DNA of 64,000 nucleotides from Octopus sinensis (taxonomy: Eukaryota), in the NCBI RefSeq assembly GCF_006345805.1, contig NC_043006.1:62001-126000 (forward strand), read 5' to 3'. This document shows positions 10,978 to 23,644 of this stretch, piece after piece. The position numbers and the translations under genes were made by a program. The number at the start of each line of letters is the position of its first letter. The first letter of the stretch is position 1. The notes below the pieces were generated by a model, which did not search any database, was not told the DNA's origin, and was given only the letters and a program-made list of their open reading frames with translations.

Positions 10978-11137
10978 CTGTTTTCGTTCCAGCACACAAT
11001 CTCAGATCAAGTCACTTGCTATGCAAGTACATCTCTGTAACTATATATATATATTTATATATATCTATGTATATTGGTAAAAACAGTAAGATAACAAAAG
11101 AAAGAAAGAGACCTCAATATTATGTAAATAGAGGAAA

Positions 11138-11532
11138 TCTTTATATATAAAAGTGAGGTTGTGTGTCTGTCTCCTACGATTTAGATTCCTAACTACTCCC
11201 ACATTTTGCGGTGCAGTTTAACCAAAACCGGGTATCTTATAGTCGTGATTCATATCGAGACCGTCTGGGTATTAGCGCGCGTCTACGATCAGTCTACGAT
11301 TTTAAAAAAAATTTACCATCAATTTTTCCCATTTTTAATCCATTTTTGACATATATAAGGGAAGTAACTTTCTAAAATTTATTATTAAATCTCAGAACGT
11401 AAAAAGCTACAGTAACACCCCTCCCCCTTTGTGGTTAGCCATATTGAGATGGCTATTATACTTTACATCTCTAAAAATGCTTATATAATTATTTCCCTTA
11501 CAAACCCGAGCAACGCCGGGCGATACTGCTAG
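11138..11532 (+). mobile_element. Non-autonomous Helitron
   Basis: 5' TC(tttatatataaaag), 3' GC-rich hairpin cccgagcaacgccggg then CTAG, inserted between A and T. Homologous copies at 16921-17314 and 60185-60487. Confidence 0.85.
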
Positions 11533-11560
11533 TAAATGTATAAAAGTCTGTGGCAGAGTA

Positions 11561-11723
11561 ATATACTTTATTATTAAAGCTGCAAAAACATCACAAAAAT
11601 ATCACAAAAAAACTGCTACTCAGAGGTTCGCATTCCCGTTCGTCGGACATTTGTGACTGAAACTCAAAAGTGTAATCTAAAGTTGTGATATTTTTGTGAT
11701 GATTTTGCAGCTTTAATAATAAA

Positions 11724-11730
<7 letters not shown>
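11561..11730. mobile_element. Small inverted-repeat element (~46-bp arms) enclosing a hammerhead-like motif on -
   Basis: tatactttattattaaagctgcaaaaacatcacaaaaatatcacaa is mirrored at 11683-11730. The minus strand at 11611-11652 reads aaatgt CCGACGA acgggaatgc GAAC ctctgag TA gcagtt. Confidence 0.65.
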
Positions 11731-11760
<30 letters not shown>

Positions 11761-11762
<2 letters not shown>

Positions 11763-12905
11763 ACTTTGATCACTTTGACCGACCAGTCCGTCAGGCGTCC
11801 ATTTGACATCGCTGGTCACAGCACGCTGTCCACTCCTCTCTGGATCGCGCCTTTCTCATCCACGTGATCCCAATCGTCCTCTTGAAATCGTCACTCCACC
11901 GTCGTGGAGGTCTTCCGGGTGGTCTTTTCCGCTCACGCGGGTACCACTCGACAACTACGTGCGTCCACCGATTATCGGTGAGCCGGGCGACGTGTCCAGC
12001 CCATCTGTACTTGCTGCGGGTATACTCTGCGATGACATCTCTCACGCCGGACTTCTTTCTGATGATGTTGCTATTTATGTGCTCTCTCAACGAGATACCA
12101 AGCATTGACCTTTCCATGGCTCTTTGAGCCGTTATCAGTCTTTGCTCTTCTCTCTTTGTGGTAGCCCATGTTTCACTACCATATAACATTGCAGGCAGAA
12201 CTACAGCACAATGGACCATATATTTGCTCTAACGCAACTGCTTGAGCGAGCAAATGAGTACAAGCTGCCTCTTTGCGTTGCGTTTATAGATTATGAGAAG
12301 GCCTTCGATAGCGTCGAAACCAACGCAGTGCTGAACTCGCTGCAGAGGCAAGGAATCGAAGCGCAATATGTGCAGCTGCTCAGAGAGGCAAATTCCGGAT
12401 GCACCACCGACATAGCTCTACTGTCATCACCCATACGAGTGCCGGTCGAGAAGGGAGTGAAGCAAGGAGATACAATCTCCCAAAACTTTTCACTGCATGT
12501 CTCGAACAGATCATCAGAGGCATCGAATGGCAAGGTGATGTCAGCATCAATGGCGAGCTCCTCACTCACCTCCGTTTCGCTGACGACATCGTACTCATCG
12601 CTGAAAACATGGATCAGCTTCAGACCATGCTGACGGAGCTCGACATCAAAAGCTCTGCAGTAGGTTTCAAGATGAACCGCATGAAAACAAAGTTCATGCG
12701 GTCAGACAACGTACCAACAGGTCGAATGGTGATCGGCAGTGATGAAATAGAGGAGGTAAAGGAATATGTCTACCTGGGACAGGAAGTGAATATGTGCCGA
12801 GATATCAAAAAGGAGATCTCACAGAGAGTAAGGGCCGGATGGAAGGCGTTCAATGGCATAAGGGATGTGCTCAAGGGAAGGTTGGACAGGACCACCCGCG
12901 CCAAC

Positions 12906-12908
<3 letters not shown>
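11761..12908 (-). mobile_element. RTE-clade LINE, 5'-truncated with inverted 5' segment (12202-12908 on +), inserted in (TA)n
   Basis: The + piece encodes STMDHIF..FIDYEKAFDSVE..GVKQGDTISP..LRFADDIVL..LDRTTRANL. The - piece continues VVLPAMLYGSETW..WAGHVAR..GRPPRRWSD..CQMDA* plus a short tail. Confidence 0.92.
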
Positions 12909-12948
<40 letters not shown>

Positions 12949-13178
12949 GAGATTAAACAGCCGAAATTGCTAAGATGATCCGGTTCCGACTGAAGATTAG
13001 AGGCTTCGATTGACCCGTCTGTTTTTTTGTGTTGTCTCTTTGTGTGTTTTTGCGTTCTTGTCCCACTTTGTAATTTATATTTTATATTTTATATTTGATT
13101 TCTATATATATATATATATGTATATATACACGTGTTGTTGGCGATTTCTTTTCCTTCTTTGAACTTTTCCCTTTCTCC

Positions 13179-13310
13179 TTTCGGATGAAGAGCTTTGCTC
13201 GGAATGTCAAAACCTCTCTCCTTTTAGTGAGCGTTAAACTAATACATTCTTTGTGCACGTCCTCTTGCTTTCTGTTGTTGTTAATTCTGTTATTCGTTTA
13301 TTGGAATTGA
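13179..13310 (+). mobile_element. Penelope-like terminal-repeat fragment with decayed hammerhead (ttt CGGATGA a gagc ttt gctc GGAA tg TC aaaa)
   Basis: Same layout as the 28071 motif, followed by the shared gagcg..a.actaataca block also seen at ~28130 and (on -) at ~35245. Confidence 0.5.
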
Positions 13311-13312
13311 CG

Positions 13313-13343
<31 letters not shown>

Positions 13344-14355
13344 TGTATATGTATATGTATATATCATCCTTTATGTATATGCACCGTTGTGGGTTTTGTC
13401 TGAGAGAAAATCTCTCCATAGATATACTGTGTGAAAATTACAATATATATCAAAGCGAGTCGAACATCATCACAGTAGTAACCCATGAGCGCGCGGGCTT
13501 TATCAGGGACTTTTACTTGCTAGTCACGTAACAAGCCAAAATCTGTCGCCACAACTGATATACGTGCAAGAGGGAATAATACATTCACTGATATTGCAAA
13601 AAAACCGCCGAATTGAATAAAAAGTCGTTGTACGCAATTGAAACAGCATTAAATTGAAATTAAAGTGTTTTGTTCACTTCTTCCTATATATCAAGGTGGG
13701 GAATTTCGCGTAGGCATGTGGCTAGCAAGTACATGTCATTGACAAAGCCTAATTAGGCAGAAAAGCATTTGGCGTCCTTGTAACTCACGGCTGGGGAAAT
13801 ATTAATCTTAGACATCATTTTTGAAACTTGAAATTTATGAAATTAGATATTAGTGTGGGAAAAACTGACTTGGAATTCAACGGAGATAAGAATATTAATT
13901 GCTAAACACCAAACATTATCCAGATATATTATTAGCAACATTAATTACAATCGAGTTAAATTTGAGGAAAAAATTCCCTAAAAAAAAAAAGTACCTGTCA
14001 CCTATGTTTCGAACTCTCTCTCAACTTCGATAACAAGAACTATGCTGACCAATTTTTACTCCTAAATTATGATGCAACAGTACAAAATGACGATACAATG
14101 AAACGATTTCAAACAGGTAGGGAGAAAATAGCAGGTAATCAGAAATTACTCATATTAGCCCGGGTTACCAATTTTGCCCCACCCATATACATACACACAT
14201 ACACACACACACACACATATATATATATACATATATATATACACACACACATATATGCTCATACATACATACGTACATACATACAGCTATAACATATATG
14301 ATAAGTATGTATGTGTAATATGCTTATGCATATGCATATATATCTGTATACTCTC

Positions 14356-14398
<43 letters not shown>

Positions 14399-15054
14399 TG
14401 TGTCTGTCTGTGTGTGTGTATATGTATGTATATGTATATATATGTTGTTAGAATCCGCAGAATGTTTGACTATCTCTCAGTATTCGGTTACGTCGCTTTA
14501 CATTCTGGTTTCGAATCCCGTTGGGATTAACTCTACGTTTCTCTGTCTTACTTCGTCTTTCATTTCTCCAGGTACAATAAAAAAAAATGTATCCCTCTGT
14601 TTCTGCTCTCGACCAAATCGACAATGCCACTCCCTTCACCAAAACGATGGCTTTCGTGACTTATTAAAACGCATACAAACGCCCACGCGCGCGCTGACAT
14701 ATATGTGTGTATATGTGTGCTTGTGTTTGTGTATGTGCGTGTGTCTGTGTGTATACATACATACATACATATATATGTGTGTGTGTGTGTATATATATGT
14801 ATGTATGTATGTAGGTATGTATGTAGGTATGTATGTATGTATATACGTACGTATGTATATACACTGACAAATTTGGTATTTTGTATGTTTGTGGTTCAGG
14901 GTCAATATTTGTGCTGAAGATTCGCAAAGGAATTTCAGTTATCTTAGTGGTTTAGCTTAATTGACTGAGCAACTATCAAGAGAAAGTTGTTTTATCTCAT
15001 GGAAATAAAGTAATAATAAAAATAATAAAAATAATAAACATATTAATAAAGACA

Positions 15055-15075
15055 ACAACAACAACAACAATAATG

Positions 15076-15141
<66 letters not shown>

Positions 15142-15405
15142 GCAATAATAATAATAACAATAAGAAGAAGAAGAACGGCAACAACCGTAGTAATAATAAT
15201 ACTAATAAATGAAGGTAGACTATTTATCTGGTGAAATAATCTCTGCTTTTATCCTTGATGGGTTCTCTTCTTACAACCGGCTCGCTCCTACCCAGCCCCT
15301 CACCTCTTAAAAATAAACTGGATAGTTTCGATGCAAAAGAATAAATTGATGTTTTCTCTGATAACCTCTTCTCTTGTAAGCAATGCAGTTTCTCTTTCCT
15401 TTTAC

Positions 15406-15501
<96 letters not shown>

Positions 15502-15504
15502 TAA

Positions 15505-15576
<72 letters not shown>

Positions 15577-15614
15577 TATTATTATTATTATTATTATCAT
15601 TATTATTATTATTA

Positions 15615-15658
<44 letters not shown>

Positions 15659-15660
15659 TT
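15055..15660. repeat. (AAC/AAT)n and (ATT/ATC)n microsatellite blocks
   Basis: Directly visible at 15055-15200 and 15405-15660; source of the poly-I/N/M/L pseudo-ORFs. Confidence 0.95.
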
Positions 15661-16117
15661 TCGTATTCGGCTCACAACGTATTGGATGCAATTGAGGTAG
15701 AAAAAAATGTTAATTTGGTGAAGAATATTGTTTGATGTGTGAGAAAAGCATGCCACTTTATTTTCCAAGAAGGCTTTCTTTATGTGGAGACGTATAGGTT
15801 CCGCTGGGGTATGTGTTACCGTAAAGAAGAACACTTCAAACGAATTAGAACAACGGTGCACTCCAGCCAGATATGCGGTAACAGATTCGTTTATACACCT
15901 TGTAATGTTGAGAAGAGATATAAATTTCAGAAAATTATTTTTCCAATTCTCAACAAATCTGTTTATAATTTATATATTGTAAGTAATATATACATATGAT
16001 ATATATATATATATATATATATGTATAAATAATAACATAACACCAAAAACGAAAAAAAAGAGGTTTATTCATGGTTTTCTTTCATGAATATTATGCATAA
16101 TTACTAGAATAAAAGGT

Positions 16118-16375
16118 TGTTGTTGTTGTTGTTGCTGTTGTTGCTGTTGTTGTGGTTGTCTTTGTCAGTATTTCAGAAACTTTTGTCATATATGAAAAAT
16201 CTTGGATTTTGTCTAAGAGTAAAATGATGGAAGTAATATTGTGGTGGTGGTGGTGGTGGTGGTGTTGGTGTGGTGGTGGTGTGGTGGTGGTGGTAGTTGT
16301 GGTGGTGGTGGTGGTGGCGGTGGTGGTAGCGGTAGCGATGTTGTGGTGATGGTGATTGTGGTGGCAGCAATCGCG

Positions 16376-16449
<74 letters not shown>

Positions 16450-16495
16450 TGTAGTGAGGTGGGGTTTATAGGAGAGGTATTGGTGGTAGTGGTGG
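16118..16495. repeat. (GTT/GGT/AGT)n compound microsatellite
   Basis: Directly visible. Confidence 0.95.
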
Positions 16496-16920
16496 TAACT
16501 TTTTTTCTTTCTTCATAAAGGGACAGAATGAATAGTTTTCACAAGCCCCCTGATATTGATCGGATATACGCGATTAATATTCCTGAACAACTATACGTTC
16601 CGCTGAGGGGGGAAAAAAATCACGGGCTGGAAAGGAATTCCGGAGGGATGTCATTTAGAGAGGAAGGAATGGAAATGCTGGTGAATGCGAATCTAATCTG
16701 ATGAGTGCGAGAAACCATCATTGAAGAACAGAGACCAGTATAAGTAGCAAGAGGAAGAGTGGAGCACGGAGACAGCGGCGCGCCCGTGAGACGGAGATTG
16801 GAGTGTGTTGGTGATCACTTTAATGGCAATTAGTCGGATGATGCATAGGCTTCTTTGCCGCATGTGTAGCGTCCCAGATGTAGAAGAAGTATTTCATTGT
16901 GGGTATTATATTATAGAGAA

Positions 16921-17314
16921 CTAGCAGTATCGCCCGGCGTTGCTCGGGTTTGTAAGGGAAATAACTATATAGGCATTTTTAGAGATGTAAAGTATAATAG
17001 CCATCTCAATATGGCTAACCACAAGGGGGGGGGTGTTACTGTAGCTTTTTACGTTCTGAGATTTAATAAATTTTTAGAGAGTTACTTCCCTTATATATGC
17101 CAAAAATGCATTAAAAATGGGAAAAATTGATGGTAAATTTGTTTTTAAATCGTAGACTCATCGTAGACGCGCGCTAATACTCAGAAGGGCTCGATATGAA
17201 TCACGACTATAAGATGCCCGGTTTTGGTTAAACTGCACCGCAAAATGTGGGAGTAGTTAGGAATCTAAATCGTAGGAGACAGACAGCACACAACCTCTCT
17301 TTTATATATAAAGA
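16921..17314 (-). mobile_element. Non-autonomous Helitron, same family as 11138-11532
   Basis: Reverse complement of the 11138 copy, with CTAG end at 16921 and TC start at ~17314. Confidence 0.85.
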
Positions 17315-18635
17315 TAAGCAACTGTTGACAGCTGAAGCATTTTCTGTCTCCAAAATAAACGGCCACGTTTCACAGGCACTATTTTCTGTGTTGTGGTTGC
17401 AAGATGTCCGCGAGAGATACAAAATCTGTAGAAACACTGAAAGTTTGAATTGAGCAACGTTTATGGTAAAAGGTCGCTGGATTCAAGAGCGTTTCCTTGA
17501 CATGGTCACTGGTTGTGTCTTTGTATAGTTGAAATATAGATTTTGATATGACCCAGTTAGAAAAATTATTTTCGAGGTCCCTGTTTAGGGACACAATGCA
17601 GGTTTGGTATGAGATGTCTAGACTGCATGTAGATGCTGCTTGTATGTGGACGGTTAGGGAAGAATAAAGGGTGAGTCAACTCTGTAGCAGCAGACATTGT
17701 TTGATGTGACGTTGATGTACACAGAAGAATGTGTAAGGCATACCGAAACTTGGGACACACCAGAATTGATAAAGTGTGGGAATAGGAGATAGAGAGGGGG
17801 GAGAGGGGGGAGAGTTTAATTACAAATCACCTCTTCAAGTAGAACTGCCATACTTGTACCCCCACCACGTGATTCCTTAAGTCTATCGTATTCTACGTCC
17901 TTCATTTTATGCGCCCATATCATAGTAGTACTGTTAATTCACTGATCAGGACTTTTTTGCCAAGACAAATCATGCCATAAGGATTGAGGTCTTCCATCTT
18001 TTATTGTAATACACATTGGAAACCTGAGCGCTTCTTCCAGATCCATCGGCACCAGAATAACTGGGATAAAGCCAGAATACTATTCTAACGATACATACTT
18101 TCCACACTGATAACATTTATCGGTGTCATTCTGGTCACTCCGTCTGTTTTTGGTATGGAAGCAGACCACTCTCGGCAATAAAATTTATAACTTATTTGCT
18201 TCAATTCGCCACCATACACCAAAAAGCTTTCCTTTGTGCACTGACCCCCGTGCTGTCAATTTACATTGATCAGCCACCCTTATCTCATTAATCACTCGAT
18301 CCCCCACCTTAAGCTGGTGAATTTCTCGCGTTTCTATAAGTTACCCGCCTCTGTTTTTCTAACAGGATTTCCAGGTATCTTTTATCCTTCTCAGTCCATT
18401 GTCTTCAGCATAACATCGATTATTTATATTTTCATTTCCATGCTGGACTCTACGATCTCAACGGTTTTCTCACGATCCACTTTCTTTTTGATAACGTGTT
18501 GGATCGCGCAAACAAGGAGTTCCACAAATCTTGCTATTTTAAACCAAACTGCTACGCCTTCCCCGCGATTTGTAACTTAGATATTCCCAACCGAATAATA
18601 CAGAGTTGCCAACTTACTGCATTCTTTCTGCCTCG

Positions 18636-18684
18636 CTGACGAGTGTACGGTTACACGAAACTTGAGATCTCACGACCCAAGAAG
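18636..18684 (+). ncRNA. Decayed hammerhead-like fold (CUGACGA core)
   Basis: CTGACGA gtgta cggt tacac GAAA cttgagatctcacg: perfect stem II and a near-palindromic stem III, but U16.1 and stem I are not intact. Confidence 0.35.
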
Positions 18685-19144
18685 AAATATTTATATCAAC
18701 AATTTATGTATCTTTGTATTGAATGTATATCTAATGCGTGCGTTAAATCACTATATAATGGATTATACGAATTTTATACAGGTTATTATAGTATTCTCTG
18801 CATCTCTGCTACAAAATGGGTAAATTTAATTAAATATTTTTCAAGAGTAAATAATATTGCGCACGCGCGTGTGTGAGTGTGTTTGTGCGTGCGGTGAGGA
18901 GGAAGAACGTTGAACCCAAAGATTGTGAGCTTTTCGTGAACGGGTCTGCGTTCCAGGTTCGATTACTTGCGGCAGCTGTTTTATTTATTTGAGAAAAGTC
19001 GTGTAGCTATAATGTTATCTCTCCTCTACCGATTATCCTATGAACCCAATAAAACTGATCTGGAATATCAAATAATGAACACCATTCACTTCTCTAATGC
19101 GGCATATCATTGGAGCGGCAGATACAACGGTTTGTAAATAATTC

Positions 19145-19520
19145 AAGGCGGCGAGCTGGCAGAAACGTTAGTACTCCGGACAAAATGCTTAGCGGCATTT
19201 CGTCCGTCTTTACGTTCTGAGTTTAAATTCCTCGAAGCCAACTTTGCATTTCATCCTTTTGGTATCGATAAAATAAGTACCAGTTGATCACTGGGGTCGA
19301 TTTAATTGACTTATCCTCTCCCACGAACCTGCTGGCATTGTGCCAAAATTTGAAACCATTATTATTATGTTCTGAGTTCAAATTCTGCCGAGATCGAATT
19401 TACCTTTCATCCTTTTGGAGTCGATAAAATGTGTACCAGTTGAACATTGGTGTCGAAATAATCAACTTACACCCTCTTCTGAAATCACTGGCCTTGTGCC
19501 AAAATTTGAAATCAATATTT
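19145..19520 (+). mobile_element. SINE family C: one full copy and one headless tandem copy, both with tail type b
   Basis: Head aaggcggcgagctggcagaaacgttag, core gttctgagttcaaattc..ctttgcctttcatcctttt.gg.tcgataaaat.agtaccagtt, tail gccttgtgccaaaatttgaaaccattatt. Confidence 0.85.
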
Positions 19521-20029
19521 AATTATCTCTCTTTGATTTCTCAGTTTAAATGCCGCCAACATCGATTCACCTTTCACTCTTCAACATATTCGACGCCATT
19601 ATGATATAGAATATGGTAGTTGACAGCACAAACAGTGGAATGCCGGACAAGGTACCTTGTGGGATTTAGACATGTCCTTTTATACCCTGATTTAAAATTC
19701 TCCAGAGCTGATTTTGCTATTGGTCCTCTAGGGATCGATAAAGCATGAACCATCCACCTACTAAAGCGTAGCTATTTTACGCAGTCTTTCTTCTTCAAAA
19801 CGTCAGATTCTGGAATTCCTGCCATATCTGGGTTTTTTTTCCCTAAAGCCATTATCTGTTCAAGAAGAACATTACCTGTATCGATCTCACCAATCCCAGA
19901 GGACCCATGGGGACCATGATTCTTTCCTTCTGACCAAGCTATAAAAATGCAATAGAGTCTCGGCAAACTGTCCTTCCTGATAAAAATTGCTGCTTAAAAC
20001 ACCTTCAGATGTTACCCTATTATCTGATT

Positions 20030-21240
20030 AAAAATGAAATTACAAATTGAAATATTTATTTCTAACAGTTCTATAGGCAGTATGGTCATGGTTGGAATGC
20101 TCGTGATCACATGTCTGCTAAACTATGGCTCACTTGATACTACATACTACGAGAATAGTCAAATAACTATGCTTTCTTTTGAGTCCACTTATGACCCTCC
20201 ATCTGTCTTGTGTTTATTCGATTGGCGGCTTTCTGTCAGATCGCACCATCATGAAGTGTGCCGATGACGTTCTCTCTAAGATAAACCCAATCAACTCTGA
20301 CATGATAGGTTGTTTCATACCGGTGGTACTCCCTCTGATATTCACCCTACCAACTCAGGTGTAACGTTAGGTTCGATCTTGACTTTCACAGTCTTTCTTC
20401 TATGCATTAACAACCTACTTACCGTCACCTTTAGCAACGCTCATTGTTATAAAGATGATACTATCCCCATCACCCCCACGTCCTTTCCTTCTTATCTTTC
20501 TCATGCAATTTAGAAATTGCCAAAATAGCAATGATTCCATGAAGAGATATCTCGAAAGCATCTTCAAATCAGGTCGTGCCAATCTCGTCTCCAACGTATA
20601 TCAAGAACACTAAAATTACATCGTATAACCCCACCTGCATAAGCAATTCACGACAAAAACAAGCAACTAGAAATTTTGTGGCGAATGTACTTTTCCTCAT
20701 CACAACAAAGACTGCATCACGAAGAGTGGCCTTTCTCTTCAGAACCAGAAAATGATAACTCAGCAACTGTTAAACTCTACAAATACTAATAAAGTACAGT
20801 TCCCACTTCTGCAACAGAACTACTGCAACATCTGGAGCACTATTGCTGCCATATCTGGGACAGCGATACTTCTACACACACAGACGTCCGACAGGAACAT
20901 TGATATGAAGTCATTCATCAAACACTCCAGCCTTTAACCCAAAACCTTTACTGTATGTTCTCTGTCTTTTCCACAATAATCATAGTGGCCTCTGCTCTTC
21001 GAGACCTGTTGGCTTTGTTCCACTCCTGACTCGTTCATCTCACCTTCTCTCATTATCCATGTTGTGTTGATTCCTCCCCCATGCGCCGCGCATGAACCAC
21101 TATGTCCAATTCTCCCTCCAAAGAACATCAGTTCCCTGAAATCGCCCCATTACGCATGTTCTTTTTTCTTTTTTAAATTTTTTGCACCTCCTTTCTCACA
21201 AGGTGGTGGGGCTACGAAAGTCACGGCCAAAACTCCTTCT
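20030..21240 (+). mobile_element. Highly decayed CR1/L2/Jockey-group LINE RT relic
   Basis: GGFLSDRTI and GVTLGSILTFTVFLLCINNLL..HCYKDDT resemble the GVPQGS.L.P.LF..FINDL..YADD RT motifs. Boundaries are uncertain. Confidence 0.55.
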
Positions 21241-21267
21241 TCAGGATTAAAGTAATAGGAATAAAGT

Positions 21268-21647
21268 GGAGGCGCAATGGCCCAGTGGTTAGGGCAGCGG
21301 ACTCGCGGTCATAGGATCGCGGTTTCGATTCCCAGACCGGGCGTTGTGAGTGTTTATTGAGCGAAAACACCTAAAGCTCCACGAGGCTCCGGCAGGGATG
21401 GTGGTGATCCCTGCTGTACTCTTTCATCACAACTTTCTCTCATTCTTACTTCTGTTTCTGTTGTACCTGTATTTCAAGGGGCCGGCCTTGTCACTCTCTG
21501 TGTCACGCTGAATATCCCCGAGAACTACGTTAAGGGTACACGTGTCTGTGGAGTGCTCAGCCACTTACACGTTAATTTCACGAGCAGGCTGTTCCGTTGA
21601 TTCGGATCAACCGGAACCCTCGTCATCGTAACCGACGGAGTGCTTCC
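21268..21647 (+). mobile_element. tRNA-derived SINE family B, full length, 14-bp TSD
   Basis: A box tggcccagtgg and B box ggtttcgattcc. TSD aataggaataaagt at 21254-21267 and 21648-21661. Second copy at 61534-61922. Confidence 0.9.
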
Positions 21648-22406
21648 AATAGGAATAAAGTTTATACAAAAATTCGACTTTCAAGTCATTGGTTTTTGTG
21701 TTGAAATTGTAATGGAGGGAAAATGGAAATTCATGGCTTTCATAGTTTTATCAAAGGTAACCAAAAGTAATATGGCAAACCAATGACTTTTAGAGATTCT
21801 TACCAAATTTCCCCCAAAATAATATTCTACTATTTTAAAATAGAAAAGTCTTAGGTCAGCGATACTTTCTACTTTTTACTGAGGTGAATATAATATTCCA
21901 ATAACGATTCCTAGATTACAATGAAATAATTTGAAAAGGCAGGTATGGTGGAGGGTGGCACGTCTTGATCATAGTTCTTTTCGATGAATCGCGAATCGAA
22001 ACTCTCATCAACGTATCGACTTATCGGTCGTTCATTCTCTTCTACAGTGGCATTCAACACCTGGGATAGGATATATCAGTAGCATTGGTTGTAGGACGAA
22101 TAAAATATTAGTCGTAAGTGGCGCAATGGTCGTCGTTTAGCTGGAATATCCGCTTCACCTGGGTAGACTTTGACAGGTGTCATTGCTATAATTTCCCCTA
22201 CCTGAAGAAATGTGATGACAGTTGACACGTGCACTGTCGGAACATTTTTTTTTTAAATAACGTAAAACAGAAAAAGGAAAAGTTCAAATATAAAGTAAAG
22301 AGAAAATTTAGGAGGAAGGGAGGGAGGTGGTAAGACGTAGAATGAAAGGAAACTGAAGGAGAAACAATAATGGGGTGTGTGTGTGTATACGTGTTTGTGA
22401 GTGTAT

Positions 22407-22437
<31 letters not shown>

Positions 22438-22796
22438 TTATATGTATGTATGTATATATGTATGTATGTATGTATGTGTGTATGTATGTATGTATGTTGT
22501 ATGTATGTATGTATGTATGTATGTATGTATGTATGTGTGTATGTATGTATGTATGTGTGTATGTATGTATGTATGTATGTATGTATGTATTTGTATGCTT
22601 GCAAGTATCTATCTATCTATATACACACACGCATACATACACACACACACACACACGTTCACACATATGTATATATATAATGACATTGAAGAATTTCCCA
22701 GCAATGCATTCTGCGTGAAGGACACACAGTTAAGTGCAGGCTTCTATTCTTGCTTTACACATATGCACATACGTACGCGCGAGCGTGCACACACAC

Positions 22797-22832
<36 letters not shown>

Positions 22833-23099
22833 TTGTATTAGTTGTTTTTTTCTGTTGCAGTTTCAAACTGGTCACTAACAAAGCGACAAAGAAGCTCTTT
22901 GGATTAATTCAAGACACCTTTTGAGGTTCGTGGATATCTGAAATGTTCTGTGTGTACACATGTGTGTGTGTATGTATGTGTGTGTGTGTGTGTGCTTCTG
23001 TGGGTACATGGGATAAACTTGTTCTCATGTGATGAGTATGCATGCTACTTTAGTACATAAGTTTGTGTGCCTGTGTCTGTCTGCGATTGTATTGCAGAT

Positions 23100-23630
23100 A
23101 TACATGTGATTGTATGTATCTGTTCAGCTCAATAATCCTGAAACGGAGAATCCCTGGAATGTTTTAGAAATCCTAACTGTACCACGAGCCAAACCGTTTT
23201 GGAGAATGCAAATCAATTTGTTCAGTTCTTTCTTGAAGAATCTCAGCGTTTCTAGTCTTTATGGGAATCTATTGTTACACGGACTTGTACACCCATGATA
23301 ATAATGAAAACCTATAACCTGGATAAAAGAACTCATTTAATGTCCATAGACGTTCTCTTTTTCTCCAATTTTTAAAGATACATTCACATCTGATGAGCAA
23401 CTGATCTCCACAACAGTGCGGAATGTTTGTTCCCAGTTTCATACGGCTATACCTATCATGTTGTGCTTACATCGTATTGCTGTTTTCCATTGGAATGTTC
23501 CACCAGTATTTGTTATTTCTAAATGTATGGATACTTTCTGGTCCTGGTATACCTTTGATGTGGCCATTATGAACAATACTTACTGTGTATAGCATTGTAG
23601 ATCGTCTTAGCGACATAAGCTTGGCAACAG
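23100..23630 (-). mobile_element. Second R4/Dong-like 3' relic
   Basis: Minus translation gives VAKTIYNA, YWWNIP and VVEISCSSDVNVSLKIGEKENVYG, matching VDKTIYNA and KIKDKECIYG of the 6910-8400 element. Confidence 0.6.
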
Positions 23631-23644
23631 ATGTTCTTATTTTT

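Noticed and set aside
12975-13020. ctgaaga-containing segment next to the RTE
   Set aside because: It lacks GAAA and coherent stems; probably a Penelope-type flank but not supportable as a ribozyme.
13095-14927. Many ORFs rich in YI/CV/HT dipeptides (also 22308-22924 and 52075-53368)
   Set aside because: Artefacts of (TA)n, (CA)n and (TACA)n repeats.
16692-16725. CTGATGA...GAAA hammerhead-like string
   Set aside because: Stem II cannot pair, stem III is mismatched and stem I is only ~4 bp; compatible with chance.
17780-18580. Possible decayed LINE endonuclease on - (GEGVAVWFK)
   Set aside because: Only one weak motif and many stops; needs an HMM search.
21268-21340. tRNA-like cloverleaf with A and B boxes
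   Set aside because: It is the head of SINE family B: a second copy exists, the body follows, there is a TSD, and no proper acceptor-stem 3' half is present.
21683-21789. 13-bp perfect inverted repeat with 81-nt spacer
   Set aside because: Short, AT-rich, no TSD and no second copy in the window.
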